Counted from the whole stretch's first letter, positions 1 through 12,830 are shown. The stretch is 63,957 bases of DNA, filler included, from Octopus bimaculoides (GCF_001194135.2; 7 parts of 7 records of this genome joined end to end with filler, not necessarily neighbours in it), one strand, 5' to 3'. A program made the numbers and translations. The notes: generated by a model not told the origin, from the letters alone.

Positions 1-13
1 CGTGAGTGTCTTT

Positions 14-153
14 GAATGCTTATCTATCTATCTATCTATGTATCTATCTTATCTATATCTCTATCTATCTATATATCCATCTATCTCTCTGTCTGTGTCT
101 TTCAAATCTCTCTCTCTCTCTATCTATCTATCTCTATCTATCTATCTATCTAT
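14..153. repeat. (CTAT)n/(CT)n microsatellite
   Basis: Tandem CTAT and CT units visible directly. Confidence 0.95.
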
Positions 154-260
154 ATATTTTATCATATCGAAGGGAAATGGAAATTAATATAAATTTTCAC
201 TTCCAGTGGCGTAGCGTATAAAGATTTAGTCCAAAGACTAATGAATTACTCATAAGATAC

Positions 261-1149
261 AGTGTATATTTAAAGACATAAGAGGAATCCACTCATGGGA
301 TTCCTTACGCTAGAAAGAACAGCTAGGTTCTAGAACCACAAAAATTAGGGATAAAATTCTGAAAGGAAGTGTTACGATCAGATAAATTAAAATTAATAAA
401 GTAAGAAAAAGGGGTAAACTTCTGATCATAACAACAGTGTTCAAACAGGGAAGAAAATGTTCATATATGGGTGATAATATCCAGTCTCAATGGTTTCAAG
501 GTAGGTGGTGAACGGTCTGACCCGTATGCAGCTCCGCCCCGTTCTGGTTCTATCCGCGCCAATCTCTCGCTGTCTTCCCCACTCCCCGTTTTAACAAGAA
601 GTACGAGACTACCTGCCTTGCTTGTTAACAGGAACTGAACGAGGTTACCGGTCTCGTAATATGCTAACTTCCTGTATATATATTTGGTTATTCATACCAA
701 CGTTATTTCTGCCAAAACGGTCGTTGACAAACGTTTATCTCGACACGTTCGGAAAATATAGGGTAAGTTCTTACCCTTCGTTATCTTATAGGTATGCATA
801 ACAGAAGGATATGAAAAATAAAAGCTTTTACCATCTATTTTCCTGGACCAATTGGTTTCTGACTTGACAAAATTAGTATGTATAAACGGGAGATATATAA
901 TTGATTGCCTCGTGTTTATATATTTTAATCTAAGGTGTACATGTTGAAGAAGACTTCACCGAGCAAATTATCTTATTTTCTAAACTTAAGACAGAAACCA
1001 ATTGGTCCACGAAAATAGATGGTAAAAGCTTTTATTTTTTCATGTTGTTCCTTTTGAAATTTTATCCCTAATTTTGTGATTCTAGAACTTAGCTGTTCTT
1101 TCTAGCGTAAGGAATCCTATGAGTGGATTCCTCTTATGTGTTTATACAC

Positions 1150-1150
<1 letters not shown>
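261..1150. mobile_element. Palindromic foldback element (about 160-bp arms) interrupted by a solo LTR
   Basis: The reverse complement of 990-1150 matches 261-368 joined to about 804-863. Confidence 0.8.
370..803. mobile_element. Solo LTR (probably Gypsy-type)
   Basis: Starts TGTTACG, ends CATAACA (TG...CA with inverted termini). Flanked by GAAG at 366-369 and 804-807. Absent from the opposite arm of the host palindrome. Confidence 0.65.
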
Positions 1151-1218
<68 letters not shown>

Positions 1219-1220
<2 letters not shown>

Positions 1221-1332
1221 TTTTATTTGTTTCAGTCATTTGACTGCGGCCATGCTGGAGCATCGCCTTCAGTCGTAAAAATCGACCCCAAGACTTATTC
1301 TTCGTAAACCTAGCACTTATTCTATCGGTATC
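1219..1332 (-). mobile_element. SINE family E, 3' portion
   Basis: Homologous to 55643-55760, 29950-30050 and 33040-33150 (gtttcagtcatttgactgcggccatgctggagca...). Confidence 0.8.
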
Positions 1333-1339
1333 GTGGATC

Positions 1340-1448
1340 TTTAGGTGTTTTCGCTCAATAAACACTCACAACGCCCGGTCTGGCAATCGAAACCGCGATC
1401 GTATGACCGCGAGTTCGCTACTCTAACCACTGGGCCATTGCGCCTCCA
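1340..1448 (-). mobile_element. SINE family A (tRNA-Arg-like head), head fragment
   Basis: Minus strand reads tggaggcgcaatggcccagtggttag...gtttcgattgcc (A and B boxes). Matches the heads of the full copies at 25971-26377 and 52677-53062. Confidence 0.85.
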
Positions 1449-1537
1449 CTTCTGTATTATAATTGACAATATATACACTAGCTGGTTGGTTGGCTGGCTG
1501 GTTGATTCCGACAGTAACGCTTTACACCGTATAGACA

Positions 1538-1680
1538 GGGTGAGAGAGAAGAAGGAGAGGGAAAGGGTGAGAGAGAAGGAGAGGGAAAGGGTGAGAGAGA
1601 AGAAGGAGAGGGAAAGGGTGAGAGAGAAGAAGGAGAAGGAAAGGGGGAGAGAGAAGAAGGAGAGGGAAAGGGAGATGAAG
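1538..1680. repeat. Purine-rich minisatellite, about 27-bp unit
   Basis: Tandem agggtgagagagaagaaggagagggaa with variants. Confidence 0.9.
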
Positions 1681-2199
1681 AGACATATGCAGGGAGTGTT
1701 AACTTAAGTGGTGCCGGTTGAATGCCCATACTAGGCTAGGTGACAGACAAAGGTAGAAGAACGCTGCGNNNNNNNNNNNNNNNNNNNNNNNNNNNNNNNN
1801 NNNNNNNNNNNNNNNNNNNNNNNNNNNNNNNNNNNNNNNNNNNNNNNNNNNNNNNNNNNNNNNNNNNNNNNNNNNNNNNNNNNNNNNNNNNNNNNNNNNN
1901 NNNNNNNNNNNNNNNNNNNNNNNNNNNNNNNNNNNNNNNNNNNNNNNNNNNNNNNNNNNNNNNNNNNNNNNNNNNNNNNNNNNNNNNNNNNNNNNNNNNN
2001 NGTGATGGGGAGGGGATTGTACAAATTAGAAATTTGTTTTATTCAATTCTATTTTCAGGTAATAAATAAATTTCGCTAGGAAATTAGTATTCATTTCATC
2101 ATTTTGTATAAACATCAAGAAATTTGATAGAATTTAAATTATAATTATTGTATGTATGCCATATTTCTTAATATTCCCTGCGGTGGAGAAAAGTATACT

Positions 2200-2500
2200 T
2201 CCAAAGTTACCCGTCATTTGAAGGTTAATAACCTATTCAATGAAATAAAGTCGTTTCCATGAAACGAAATCCAGCTGGCATGGTCAAACGTTATGTCGGA
2301 ATGACGGAAGGTAAATTTAAACAGCGATATTTTAACTACAATTTTTGCTTTAGCATCATAGAAAGAATTATCCTAAAAACTTAATGCAACATTGAAAAAA
2401 CTGATAGTGCATTCGGTATTAAATAGAATTTCCTTGAGATATGCAAGTTATTCACTAACGGTGCTAAAACATGTGGATTAATTATAAAAAATATTCTTAT
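2200..2500 (+). pseudogene. Penelope-like element GIY-YIG endonuclease remnant
   Basis: Manual translation gives YVGMTEGKFKQRYFN (from 2292) and GIK*NFLEICKLFTNGAKTCGL. These resemble the YIG motif and C-terminal Cys region of PLE endonucleases. Stops and frameshifts present. Confidence 0.65.
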
Positions 2501-3239
2501 AATTATGAAATTTAATAAATCCTTTTTTCATTTTGTTTTCCGTTTTTTTTTTTAATGTCAAATCATAGATTTGTAATATGGGTAGATACTTTGAAATAAA
2601 AATTCCGTCTGGTGTTTTGGAAGTAAGCAAAACCACATGATTCAACGGATTTACTATGCAATGAGATATCGCAAAAACTTACCCATTCTTCAATTTCTTT
2701 ACTTCATTATCAGTTTAAATTTAAACTTTTATTTAATCTTTTTAACACTTAAGGCATCAACATTCTTCAGTGCATAATCTAAATGAGGTGTCTAAACATA
2801 TAATACTCTAACTTGACTCTATTACATTAGCAAAACTGTGGATTATCACGTATAGACACATGCATTTTCCATAGAAAAAAAATTCTCTAATTTATTTCCC
2901 TCTGAGTTTTCCAAACCCAAGGGAAGTAAATCATACCAAATACTCTCTAACAAATAAATAATGAATCGCTATAATGTTTTGCAATGAACGTGTAGGAGGA
3001 AATTAGCATTTGCCATTTCAAATTCTTTTTCATCGGCTCAACTAGGCACTGAACTCTGTTTTTACCATCTGATAAGGGATATAGTTGTATATAGATCTCC
3101 GGCCGCTAGAAATAGATGTAAATCCTCGCTGTCTATTTTCCTCGTTTACAACCTTGTGTACTGGAGTAATAATCTAAATGGTTCATGGACCATTTGGGGT
3201 CTATGTTTAGCAGACTGGTGTTGAAATCATTCAGCACCC

Positions 3240-3411
3240 TTATATATATATATATGTATATATATATAATTGAAATTTATAGAAAAACAAAAGACGAAGA
3301 CAGGTGTATGAACAACAAGCAAGTGTATTAGTTTGACGCTCGGGAAAAACGAAAAAGTCTTTTACGTTATATATATATATATATGTATATATATATAATT
3401 GAAATTTATAG
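3240..3411. repeat. About 120-bp unit embedded in (TA)n with the start of a second copy running into the gap
   Basis: atataattgaaatttatag occurs at about 3264 and again at about 3393. Confidence 0.6.
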
Positions 3412-4109
3412 NNNNNNNNNNNNNNNNNNNNNNNNNNNNNNNNNNNNNNNNNNNNNNNNNNNNNNNNNNNNNNNNNNNNNNNNNNNNNNNNNNNNNNNNN
3501 NNNNNNNNNNNNNNNNNNNNNNNNNNNNNNNNNNNNNNNNNTATATATATATATATATATATCCATACGTGTATATACATACTCAGAAGAATAACTACAT
3601 ATTCATTTGAATATCTGCTTATTCAGATGATGCCACTCAAAATATATTTGAATAATTCTCTGTTGTGCAGAGGTTGCATGGTTGAGATACCGAGCGATCA
3701 TCTCAATAAAAATGTATAACAATTTCAGTTAACGGTGAAAGTGAAAAGTGCATAGTGCAGGATTTAGACAATACTTATCTGCTGCAAGAGAATAACTTAC
3801 TTCCTTAGATCAAAGAATTAATCATGTGAAAATGTCCAGCGTAGTAACTTACCCTCCATTAGTATAAGATATTAAAGATATCCCCTGTCAAATAACAGCA
3901 ATCGAAAATGCTTACACCACAGTAAAATCATATGACCTAGTGGGTCTCGTGGAATTAACATCTTAGCAAGCATGTTGTGATTTCCGGTACAGATTCTTTT
4001 GTCGTCTATATTTTTGCTGCCTGTACGATCGCATCGAGCGAGAAACTCTAAGTGGTGAAAGAATAAAGTATTAGCTTTGAATTTAAACACAAACAAATAC
4101 AATCTTGTT

Positions 4110-4257
4110 TGTACACACGCGCACGCACACACACACATACAAATTTATATATATATAAATTTATATATATGCATATGTGTATGTCTATACGTATATATAC
4201 ATAACTACATAAACATAGCGATATCTGTGTTTGTGTTTGTACATACATACATACATA

Positions 4258-4289
<32 letters not shown>

Positions 4290-4345
4290 TATACGTTATA
4301 TATGTATACAGACACATGCGCACACACCTATTGCGTGAGTATGTC

Positions 4346-4382
<37 letters not shown>

Positions 4383-4441
4383 GGACATACAAACATACAC
4401 ATATGTAGATACGCAACCCACACACACATATATAGATACGC

Positions 4442-4536
<95 letters not shown>

Positions 4537-4555
4537 GTGTGTGTGTGTGTGTATA
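4110..4555. repeat. Compound (CA)n/(TA)n/(TG)n microsatellites
   Basis: Seen directly. Confidence 0.95.
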
Positions 4556-5780
4556 CAAATACAACATCACCTACTCTACTACCACAAACTATTGGAAGAG
4601 TGCCCACAATAGCAAACAGGAGAATTGGGAGGTCAAAACCCTGGACGGATATAGATGAAGGTATTACACTCTGGTGGTGGTGGCGGTGGTGTTTCTGGTA
4701 TTAATGGCGTCAGAGATGGTGGGGTTGTCGTGTTGTAGTGGTGGTTGCCGTGTTGTGTTTTGTTATTGCTGGTGGAGTAGGCGGCGGCTGTAGTGGTGGT
4801 GGTAGTAAGATAATGGTTCTATTTGTTTTTTGTTGTTTTTTTGTTTGTTTGTTTGTTTTTTTGTACTATGGTTCTGAAAATGTAGTGTTAAGATGACGAT
4901 GATGATATTGAAGATGTCGTCTACGTCGACAATTATGATGATGATGATATTACTGGTGGTAACCAGTGTGTTGTAGATTGCTTATATGACTGTTGCAGGC
5001 GCATTAATAATAATAATAATAATAATAATTTCATTTATTTGCCACAAGGGCGGAGGCTGAGAGGAACAATACATAAAGCTGACATAAAGCGTGGTGCTTT
5101 ATAATGAAATGATTAAAAAAATGGGTAAATACACACGATATACATTGAAAAAGAAGGGACAAGACATAGTATACAAAAGCTTAACAACAACAACAATAAT
5201 AATAATTATAATACTAGTAATAATGCCCTGATGCAGTACCAGGCAGTGGCTCTCATGGCTTCTGATCTTAACTGATTGGAAGTGTTATCATGTTCATTGT
5301 TTTGTCTTGGTATAAAAAGATGGCCTACAGCAAATATTCTGCTCAATACCACAGATTTGCTTGTCAGTTGTTTGACCTTAACCAGTTGAGCATGTCCCTT
5401 GGTGGCTGACGATATGTGCATCTCTGATCACGAGCAGAAGTAGTGGAGGAGAGCGTCTTTGGGACTTTTGGGGAGCATCTTTGTGATTTGAATAATTAAT
5501 TTCCAGAAACATGACTGTTTCGTTCAACATCCTTAAACTTATTCAGGGACCTTTTAAGCGGGGTGGGCTAGTCGAGCTGAAGAAAATTCTAACTGGAACC
5601 CACCTGCGAGGTCATGCGCTGTTTATCTTGATATGAGATCACCATGTCGCGTACATATGGTTGTGATGCATGTGCCTGGTGTACCCTTATCAGACGGGTA
5701 GTCATGATGGGTATACTGGGCTTCGTATATTTTACCCCAGTGTTACTTTGATGGCATGCACTGCTCTCTCACTCAAACAT

Positions 5781-5953
5781 AATAATAATCCTTTCTACTT
5801 TAGGCACAAGGCCTGAAAATTTTGAGGGAGGGGACAAGTAGATTAGATCGACCCCAGTGTTTCACTGGTACTTGATTTAATTACCCCGAAAGGATGAAAG
5901 GCAAAGTCGACCTCGACGGAATTCGAACTCAGAACGTAGACATATGAAATGCT
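5781..5953 (-). mobile_element. SINE family B (central gcctttcatcctttcggggtcgat domain)
   Basis: Homologous to 26766-26987 and 51380-51603. Confidence 0.8.
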
Positions 5954-6080
5954 GCCGGAGCCTCGTGGAGCTTTAGGTGTTTACGCTCAATAAACACTCA
6001 CAACGCCCGGTCTGGGAATCGAAACAGCGATTGTACGACCGCGAGTCCGCTGCCCTAACCACTGGGCCATTGCGCCTCCA
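5954..6080 (-). mobile_element. SINE family A, head fragment
   Basis: Near-identical to 52935-53062. Confidence 0.85.
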
Positions 6081-6130
6081 CTTCCGCGGCAGTACACAAC
6101 GGTTTTTGATATACAAGTAATAACGTTCTG

Positions 6131-6346
6131 TTGTGTCTGGGGAGGGTCATTCTCTTTTGGTGTCTTATAATTTAACACACGCACCGGTAAAATTTCCACT
6201 TATTTCTTTTTTTATTTTTCTAAAATTTTCGTTGCGTCTTGCAACCTTTTCAATAGAAGAGTAAATAAGGAAATGAGTGTAAATTTTACCGGTGCGTGTG
6301 TTAAATTATAAAGGCACGAAAAGAGAATGACTTTCCCCAGACAAAA
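6131..6346. repeat. Inverted repeat / foldback (arms 6131-6206 and 6270-6346)
   Basis: Arms are reverse complements, including an identical ataatttaacacacgcaccggtaaaattt core. A diverged single arm lies at about 58790-58960. Confidence 0.85.
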
Positions 6347-6544
6347 CAAAATATGCTTCAACACACGAACTCGGATAAGGAATCTTGCAAACCAAATCCA
6401 AAAACGAGGTAATAACGTTGATATCAGAAAATAGGTGTTTTATCTCTGCATAATTGCTAAATACATCGATGATGGAGTTCAATGTAATGTCCGCTCAAAA
6501 TGTTCAGTAGATATGATGTGAATTTCGAGGAATGATTGATGATT

Positions 6545-6600
6545 GTGTGTGTGTGTGTGTGTGTATGTATATATGTGTGAGTGTGTGTGTAAAGTATGTT

Positions 6601-6657
<57 letters not shown>

Positions 6658-6677
6658 GTCTGTATATGGCTGTCTGA

Positions 6678-6714
<37 letters not shown>

Positions 6715-7009
6715 TGTCTGTATGTGTATATATATATATTTATATATAAAGTATGTATATATATGTTTATATATTGCTATTTGTATATATGTGTATGTAT
6801 ACGCTTATAAGTATGTGTATACATGTTTCTTTATTCTTTGTGTGAATAATATATATATATACATATATATATATGGGTGTATGTGCACAGGTATTTGTGT
6901 ATACACACACGTGTGTGCGCGTGTGTGTACAAATAGTGATTGAATCAGTTTATGATTGTTCTGTGTATAAGAATGCACGTGTGCCTCTCTCTCTCTCTCT
7001 CTCCCTCTC

Positions 7010-7060
<51 letters not shown>
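6545..7060. repeat. (TG)n/(TA)n/(CT)n microsatellites
   Basis: Seen directly. Confidence 0.9.
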
Positions 7061-7548
7061 NNNNNNNNNNNNNNNNNNNNNNNNNNNNNNNNNNNNNNNN
7101 NNNNNNNNNNNNNNNNNNNNNNNNNNNNNNNNNNNNNNNNNNNNNNNNNNNNNNNNNNNNNNNNNNNNNNNNNNNNNNNNNNNNNNNNNNNNNNNNNNNN
7201 NNNNNNNNNNNNNNNNNNNNNNNNNNNNNNNNNNNNNNNNNNNNNNNNNNNNNNNNNNNNNNNNNNNNNNNNNNNNNNNNNNNNNNNNNNNNNNNNNNNN
7301 NNNNNNNNNNNNNNNNNNNNNNNNNNNNNNNNNNNNNNNNNNNNNNNNNNNNNNNNNNNNNNNNNNNNNNNNNNNNNNNNNNNNNNNNNNNNNNNNNNNN
7401 NNNNNNNNNNNNNNNNNNNNNNNNNNNNNNNNNNNNNNNNNNNNNNNNNNNNNNNNNNNNNNNNNNNNNNNNNNNNNNNNNNNNNNNNNNNNNNNNNNNN
7501 NNNNNNNNNNNNNNNNNNNNNNNNNNNNNNNNNNNNNNNNNNNNNNNN

Positions 7549-7800
7549 TATATATATATATGTATATGTGTGTGTGTACGTACGTATGTCTATGTATGTA
7601 TATATATATATATGTATATGTGTGTGTGTACGTACGTATGTCTATGTATGTATATATATATATATGTATATGTGTGTGTGTACGTACGTATGTCCATGTA
7701 TATATCTATATGTATATGTGTGTATGTACGTACGTATGTCTATGTATATATCTATATGTGTACGTGTGTCTGCGTGTACATATATACATACATATATGTG
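7549..7800. repeat. About 46-bp tandem repeat built from TA/TG units
   Basis: Repeated tatatatatatgtatatgtgtgtgtacgtacgtatgtctatgtatg. Confidence 0.85.
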
Positions 7801-8029
7801 TGTGTTATGTGGCAAACAGGGTCTGTTCGTCCCTTATCCAACTCTCTCCCTACTTGCACTCTCTCCCTCTCTCTCACACACACACAGACACACAAAACGT
7901 CCGCCAGACGGCTGGCGTCTTTTCAAAGCAATTTTCAACCAAAATGCCCAGCAATAAATAAACAATAGACTTCTTTCTGAAAACTGGTTCCGTTTCGGTC
8001 GTCTGCCGCCCTTCATTTTTATTTGCTAT

Positions 8030-9050
8030 CGTTTGTTTGTTTGTGCTTTTAGTTTCATTTCATTTTTTTTATTCTTTGTTTTTAAATTTTACTTTATTTA
8101 TTTCTTTACTTACTTCACAACTTTTCTTCTCTGCCCCTATTCTCGGCTTCGTCATTTTTTCCCCTTATTTCTTTCTTTCACTTCCTCGTTCTCTTTTTTT
8201 TTTTCATTTTTTCTTCCATTTTCGTTAGTTTTTCTTCTATTTCGTTAGTTTTTTTTTTCGTTCTCTCCTATATTCAAACCCTTATTTTTTTTTTTACTTA
8301 TTTTGTATCTTGATTCTTTTATTTTTATTTATATTTCCCTTTTTATTTTGTATATTTCGGACATATTGACAAAAAAAAAGATTTAGCTTTTTTTCTTCCC
8401 TTCAAATTTTTTCTTGCTGTGTCTTTTCCATTTGTCTCTTTAACTCACATTTTTCTTTCTCATTATATATTAATCGTTTCTTCCTATTTTTCCTTCTTTT
8501 CCTTCTCTCTCTCTCTTTCACTCGTCTGCCTCTTCATTTTTCTCTTATTTTTCATTTCTCGTTTATTTTTAATTCTACCCATTTCCACTCGTTTGTCTTT
8601 TCTCTCTTTCTCAAGTCTCTATCTTTCTTTCATTTTCTTTGAATTTTTTTCATTCTCCTTCTTCCTCTTCTTTATTCCTTTCTTTATTATTTCATTCTCT
8701 TTTCTTTCTTTCGTTTTCTCATTCTGATTTAATCATTTTCATCTATTTTTTCTTCATTCCTGTTTCCTCCGTCTCTCTCCACTCCCCTCTCTCTCTTTCC
8801 TTCATTTTCTTTCTCATTTTACTTCTATTTTCCATCATTTATCGTTTCTTTCTTCTCTCTCTTTTCTTCGTTTTCTTTCTTATTATTTCATTCTCCTTTC
8901 TTTTTTCTCGTTCTAATTTAATCCTTCCCATTTATCTTTTCTGTATTCTTTTTCTCTCCCTCTTTCCTTCATTTTATTTCTCATTTTACTTCTATTTTCC
9001 TTCATTTATCGTTTCTTTCATCTCTCTCTTTTCTTCGTTTTCTTTGAATT
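8030..9050. repeat. About 1-kb pyrimidine-rich low-complexity tract with an internal duplication
   Basis: CT-rich. cattttacttctattttcc...catttatcgtttctttc is repeated at about 8815 and 8983. Confidence 0.85.
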
Positions 9051-9554
9051 ACATATATATATATATGGGGCCCCAAACTCTTTTAAGTGCTTAGGGCGTT
9101 TGTGGATCTTAATCCAGTCCTTACCTTATGCATTACCTTATGCATGTATGTAATCCTAGATACAGTATATAACTAAATTGTTGACGGTACAAAAGAAATC
9201 GTTTTAAATTTGCTAAAATAATATTGAAAGCAGTTTATATGATTATATAATATAATTTCGAAAAGTTCATGGTGTCATAGCGAGGATTTGATCAAAGATC
9301 TTGCCATTAATAAAATGTAGGAGAAAACTTACCAAATATAAATAAAATGGTAGTTTACAAAAATATATATTATTTCCTATCTTACTGTAAGTTTTGTTTC
9401 GTTTTGAAAAATAAAAATTTAGTTTATGGTTTGTTATTTATATTTTGAATTTTATATATATAAATATATGGGGGACACCAAATTCTTTTAGATCCTTAGG
9501 GCTTCTGTGTGACCTAATTCAGCCCCGTATAGACTACTCACTCTTTATAAGTAA

Positions 9555-10295
9555 ATAATGGGTCATCCTATAAATAATGCAGTTTTTAATATATCTTTTA
9601 TTTCTCAACATTAAGATAAATTTCTCTTTTAATCTGAAATATACTCTCCTTCATTTTCTACAATGCTCTTCCATCTATCTGGAAGGCCTCTCTTCCAAAA
9701 TTCCCTTCTCCGTGACCAAAAATACTCCTCCAGTACTGTTCTATCTTCTACAGAATTCGTATTTTCCCCGTCCAAATGATTTTGAAACTGCAGAATAAAT
9801 GATAATCAGACGGGGCAATGTCTGGCGAATGTGGTGGGTGAGGCATTTGTTTCCCATTCAAACTTCTCCAGTCTTTGGAAGTCTTCCTCGCTGTATGTGG
9901 CCAAACATTATCCTGATGGAAGAACACCTTTCGTCTTGAAAAAGATGGTCGTTTTTCTTTTAGCCCTGTTTTAAGCCGTTCAAGCTGCTCGCAGGAGATC
10001 TCCTTTGTTATTGTCTGGTTTGGGTTTAAAAGTTCAAAGTGGACTAAACCTTTCATATCCCACCAAACAGATGACAACATTTTACGTAGGTGAAGACCTT
10101 CTTTAGTCTGGGATGCTGGTGTCTCCCCTTTCCTTACCTACTGTCTTCGGCGCTTGACATTTTTATAGGGAACCCATTTCTTGTCACTAGTCACTATTCG
10201 GTCCAAAAAAGGGTTCATTCGTGAGACGTGACAGCAAAGAAGAGCACACATTTGCTCTCTGCGCGCAATTAGACTTGGAAAGTTTGTGAGAAACC
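9555..10295 (-). pseudogene. Mariner (DD34D-type) transposase remnant
   Basis: WVSHKL (WVPHEL-like), DRIVTSDKKWV, MLSSVWWD, FFHQDN and HPPHSPDIAPSDYHLF motifs, with frameshifts. TIR-like end near 9557. Confidence 0.9.
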
Positions 10296-10857
10296 CATTA
10301 TATATTTTATTTACATTTTATGTAAAACCATACCGATTTACTGATCCTATCAGTTGTTCTGTCCATTTCTATGTTTAGCCCCCGGTGGGTATTAAAGAAA
10401 TTGGTATTTCGTCCGTCTTTACGTTCTGAGTTNNNNNNNNNNNNNNNNNNNNNNNNNNNNNNNNNNNNNNNNNNNNNNNNNNNNNNNNNNNNNNNNNNNN
10501 NNNNNNNNNNNNNNNNNNNNNNNNNNNNNNNNNNNNNNNNNNNNNNNNNNNNNNNNNNNNNNNNNNNNNNNNNNNNNNNNNNNNNNNNNNNNNNNNNNNN
10601 NNNNNNNNNNNNNNNNNNNNNNNNNNNNNNNNNNNNNNNNNNNNNNNNNNNNNNNNNNNNNNNNNNNNNNNNNNNNNNNNNNNNNNNNNNNNNNNNNNNN
10701 NNNNNNNNNNNNNNNNNNNNNNNNNNNNNNNNNNNNNNNNNNNNNNNNNNNNNNNNNNNNNNNNNNNNNNNNNNNNNNNNNNNNNNNNNNNNNNNNNNNN
10801 NNNNNNNNNNNNNNNNNNNNNNNNNNNNNNNNNNNNNNNNNNNNNNNNNNNNNNNNN

Positions 10858-11160
10858 CGAAAACACCTAAAAGCTCCACGAGGCTCCGACAGGGGCTGGT
10901 GGCGAACCCTGCTGTACTCTTCCACCACAACTTTCTCTCACTATTTCTTCCTGTTTCTGTTGTGCCTGTCATTCAAAGGGCCAGCCTTGTCACACTGTGT
11001 CACACTGTGTCACGCTGAATATCCCCGAGAACTACGTTAAGGGTACACGTGTCTGTGGAGTGCTCAGCCACTTGCACGTTAATTTCACGAGCAGGCTGTT
11101 CTGTTGATCGGATCAACTGGAACCCTCGACGTCGTAAGCGACGGAGTGCCAACAACAACA
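10858..11160 (+). mobile_element. SINE family A body and (CAA)n tail (head lost in the gap)
   Basis: Reverse complement of the bodies at 25971-26280 and 52677-52965. Confidence 0.9.
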
Positions 11161-11184
11161 TATAGGTCATAGATTTTAACAACA

Positions 11185-11462
11185 ATCACGAGGGAGTGAG
11201 TTCGATTCCTGGACCGGGCTGTGTGTTGTGTTCTTGAGCAAGACACTTTATTTCACATTGCTCCAGTTCACTCAGCTGTAGAATTGAGTTGCGACATCAC
11301 TGGTGCCAAACTGTATCAATTTTTGCCTTTCCCTTGGTGGCATGGAGAGAGAGGCTGGTATGCTTGGGTGACTGCTGGTCTTCCATAACAAACCTTACCT
11401 GGACTTGTGCCTTGGAGGGCAATCCTATGGTCTGTCATGACCGAAGGGGTCTTTACCCTTTA
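11185..11462 (+). mobile_element. SINE family D
   Basis: B box gttcgattcc, then a CORE-like gttgtgttcttgagcaagacact. Homologous to 40085-40420 and 59002-59117. Confidence 0.75.
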
Positions 11463-11914
11463 ACCCTCAGACAGCGAACTGGCAGAATCGATATAATGCC
11501 AAGCAAAACTCTTTCGATTTTCCTCATTTACGATTTTCAGAAACTCATTATTAACATGAATTCGTCGATCAGGTCAAAAGTAATCTGATACAGGAAAATT
11601 CCCAAATGGTACTGGTCAAGCCGTTATTGGCATGTCCAGACACTTAAAACTTCATTTTTAAACACAAAACATATTCTATTGCTGAAGAGCTCATTTTGAA
11701 TTCATGCAGCATGCTATGTCTGGTTTCTGTCTGCTGTAAACTCTTTTTTTTTTTTTGGAAGGGTAAAAATCAATATGAAGTTAACCTCTGTGGTTTAAAA
11801 CAATCTGCAAAGATAGGGAAAAAAAAATCATAATGCTTGTTTTTGTTGTAAATAGTGAAAATTTAGCCTCAAAATAATCATGTCAAAAATTGTGACTAAA
11901 CTTTCCAACCTATG

Positions 11915-11923
11915 ATATATATG

Positions 11924-11979
<56 letters not shown>

Positions 11980-12830
11980 GATGTATGTATGTATATGTAC
12001 GTGTATATGTATATCTATGTATATATATGTATGTGTATATGTATATATATACATATGTATGTATATATACATACGTGTGTATACATATATATATATATAC
12101 GTATGTATATATATTTGTATATATATATATACATACATATATACATGTGTGTATATATACGTGTGTATATATACATATGTGTGTATATATATACACACAT
12201 ATATATATATATATTATACATATATGTCGTATATATTCGCTGCGTATTTATATTCCAACACCCACACACACACACACATGCACCCACACAATCATTCACA
12301 CAGTAAATTATGCATGTAACGATAGGCACACCTACATACACACATACATCGATATTCGCCAACTGAACCACGCACACATATGCCACACACACACACACAC
12401 ACATATAAACACACACACACACACACACGTGTACAAGACACATATATACTGATACAAACACAGATTCAACAACACCGGGGACTTGAGGCGCGGTGGGGGG
12501 GGGGTACACACACACACATATACNNNNNNNNNNNNNNNNNNNNNNNNNNNNNNNNNNNNNNNNNNNNTTAATTAATTAANNNNNNNNNNNNNNNNNNNNN
12601 NNNNNNNNNNNNNNNNNNNNNNNTATATATATATATGTATATATAAATATAAGGATTTTATATAGATGCCTATATACATACATATACATATATATGTATA
12701 TATATGTGTTTATATATACGTCTGTATGTATACAGTATATGTATATATATGTATGTGTGAGCATTTATATGTATGTGTATATATATGTATATGCGTGTGA
12801 GTATCTATGTGTGGGTTTGTGTATACATAA
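11915..12830. repeat. Degenerate TA/TG/CA microsatellite field
   Basis: Seen directly. Confidence 0.9.
12568..12579. other. Assembly spacer TTAATTAATTAA in N44...N44 (also at 17484, 32088, 37171, 43348, 57701)
   Basis: The same 12-mer, with stops in all frames, is centred in 100-bp N blocks six times. Confidence 0.95.

Noticed and set aside
1085-1140. Hammerhead-like fold (GCTG/TAGC, GGAATCC/GGATTCC-TC) in the foldback arms
   Set aside because: There is no CUGANGA, GAAA reads GTAA in both arms, and helix I cannot form.
3065-3120. CTGATAAG...GAAA downstream of the PLE relic
   Set aside because: The core is mutated and helices cannot be assigned. At best it is a decayed motif.
5215-5780. Two segments bounded by (AAT)n that look like LINE 3' UTR fragments
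   Set aside because: There is no second copy or coding motif in the window, so they cannot be classified without a search.
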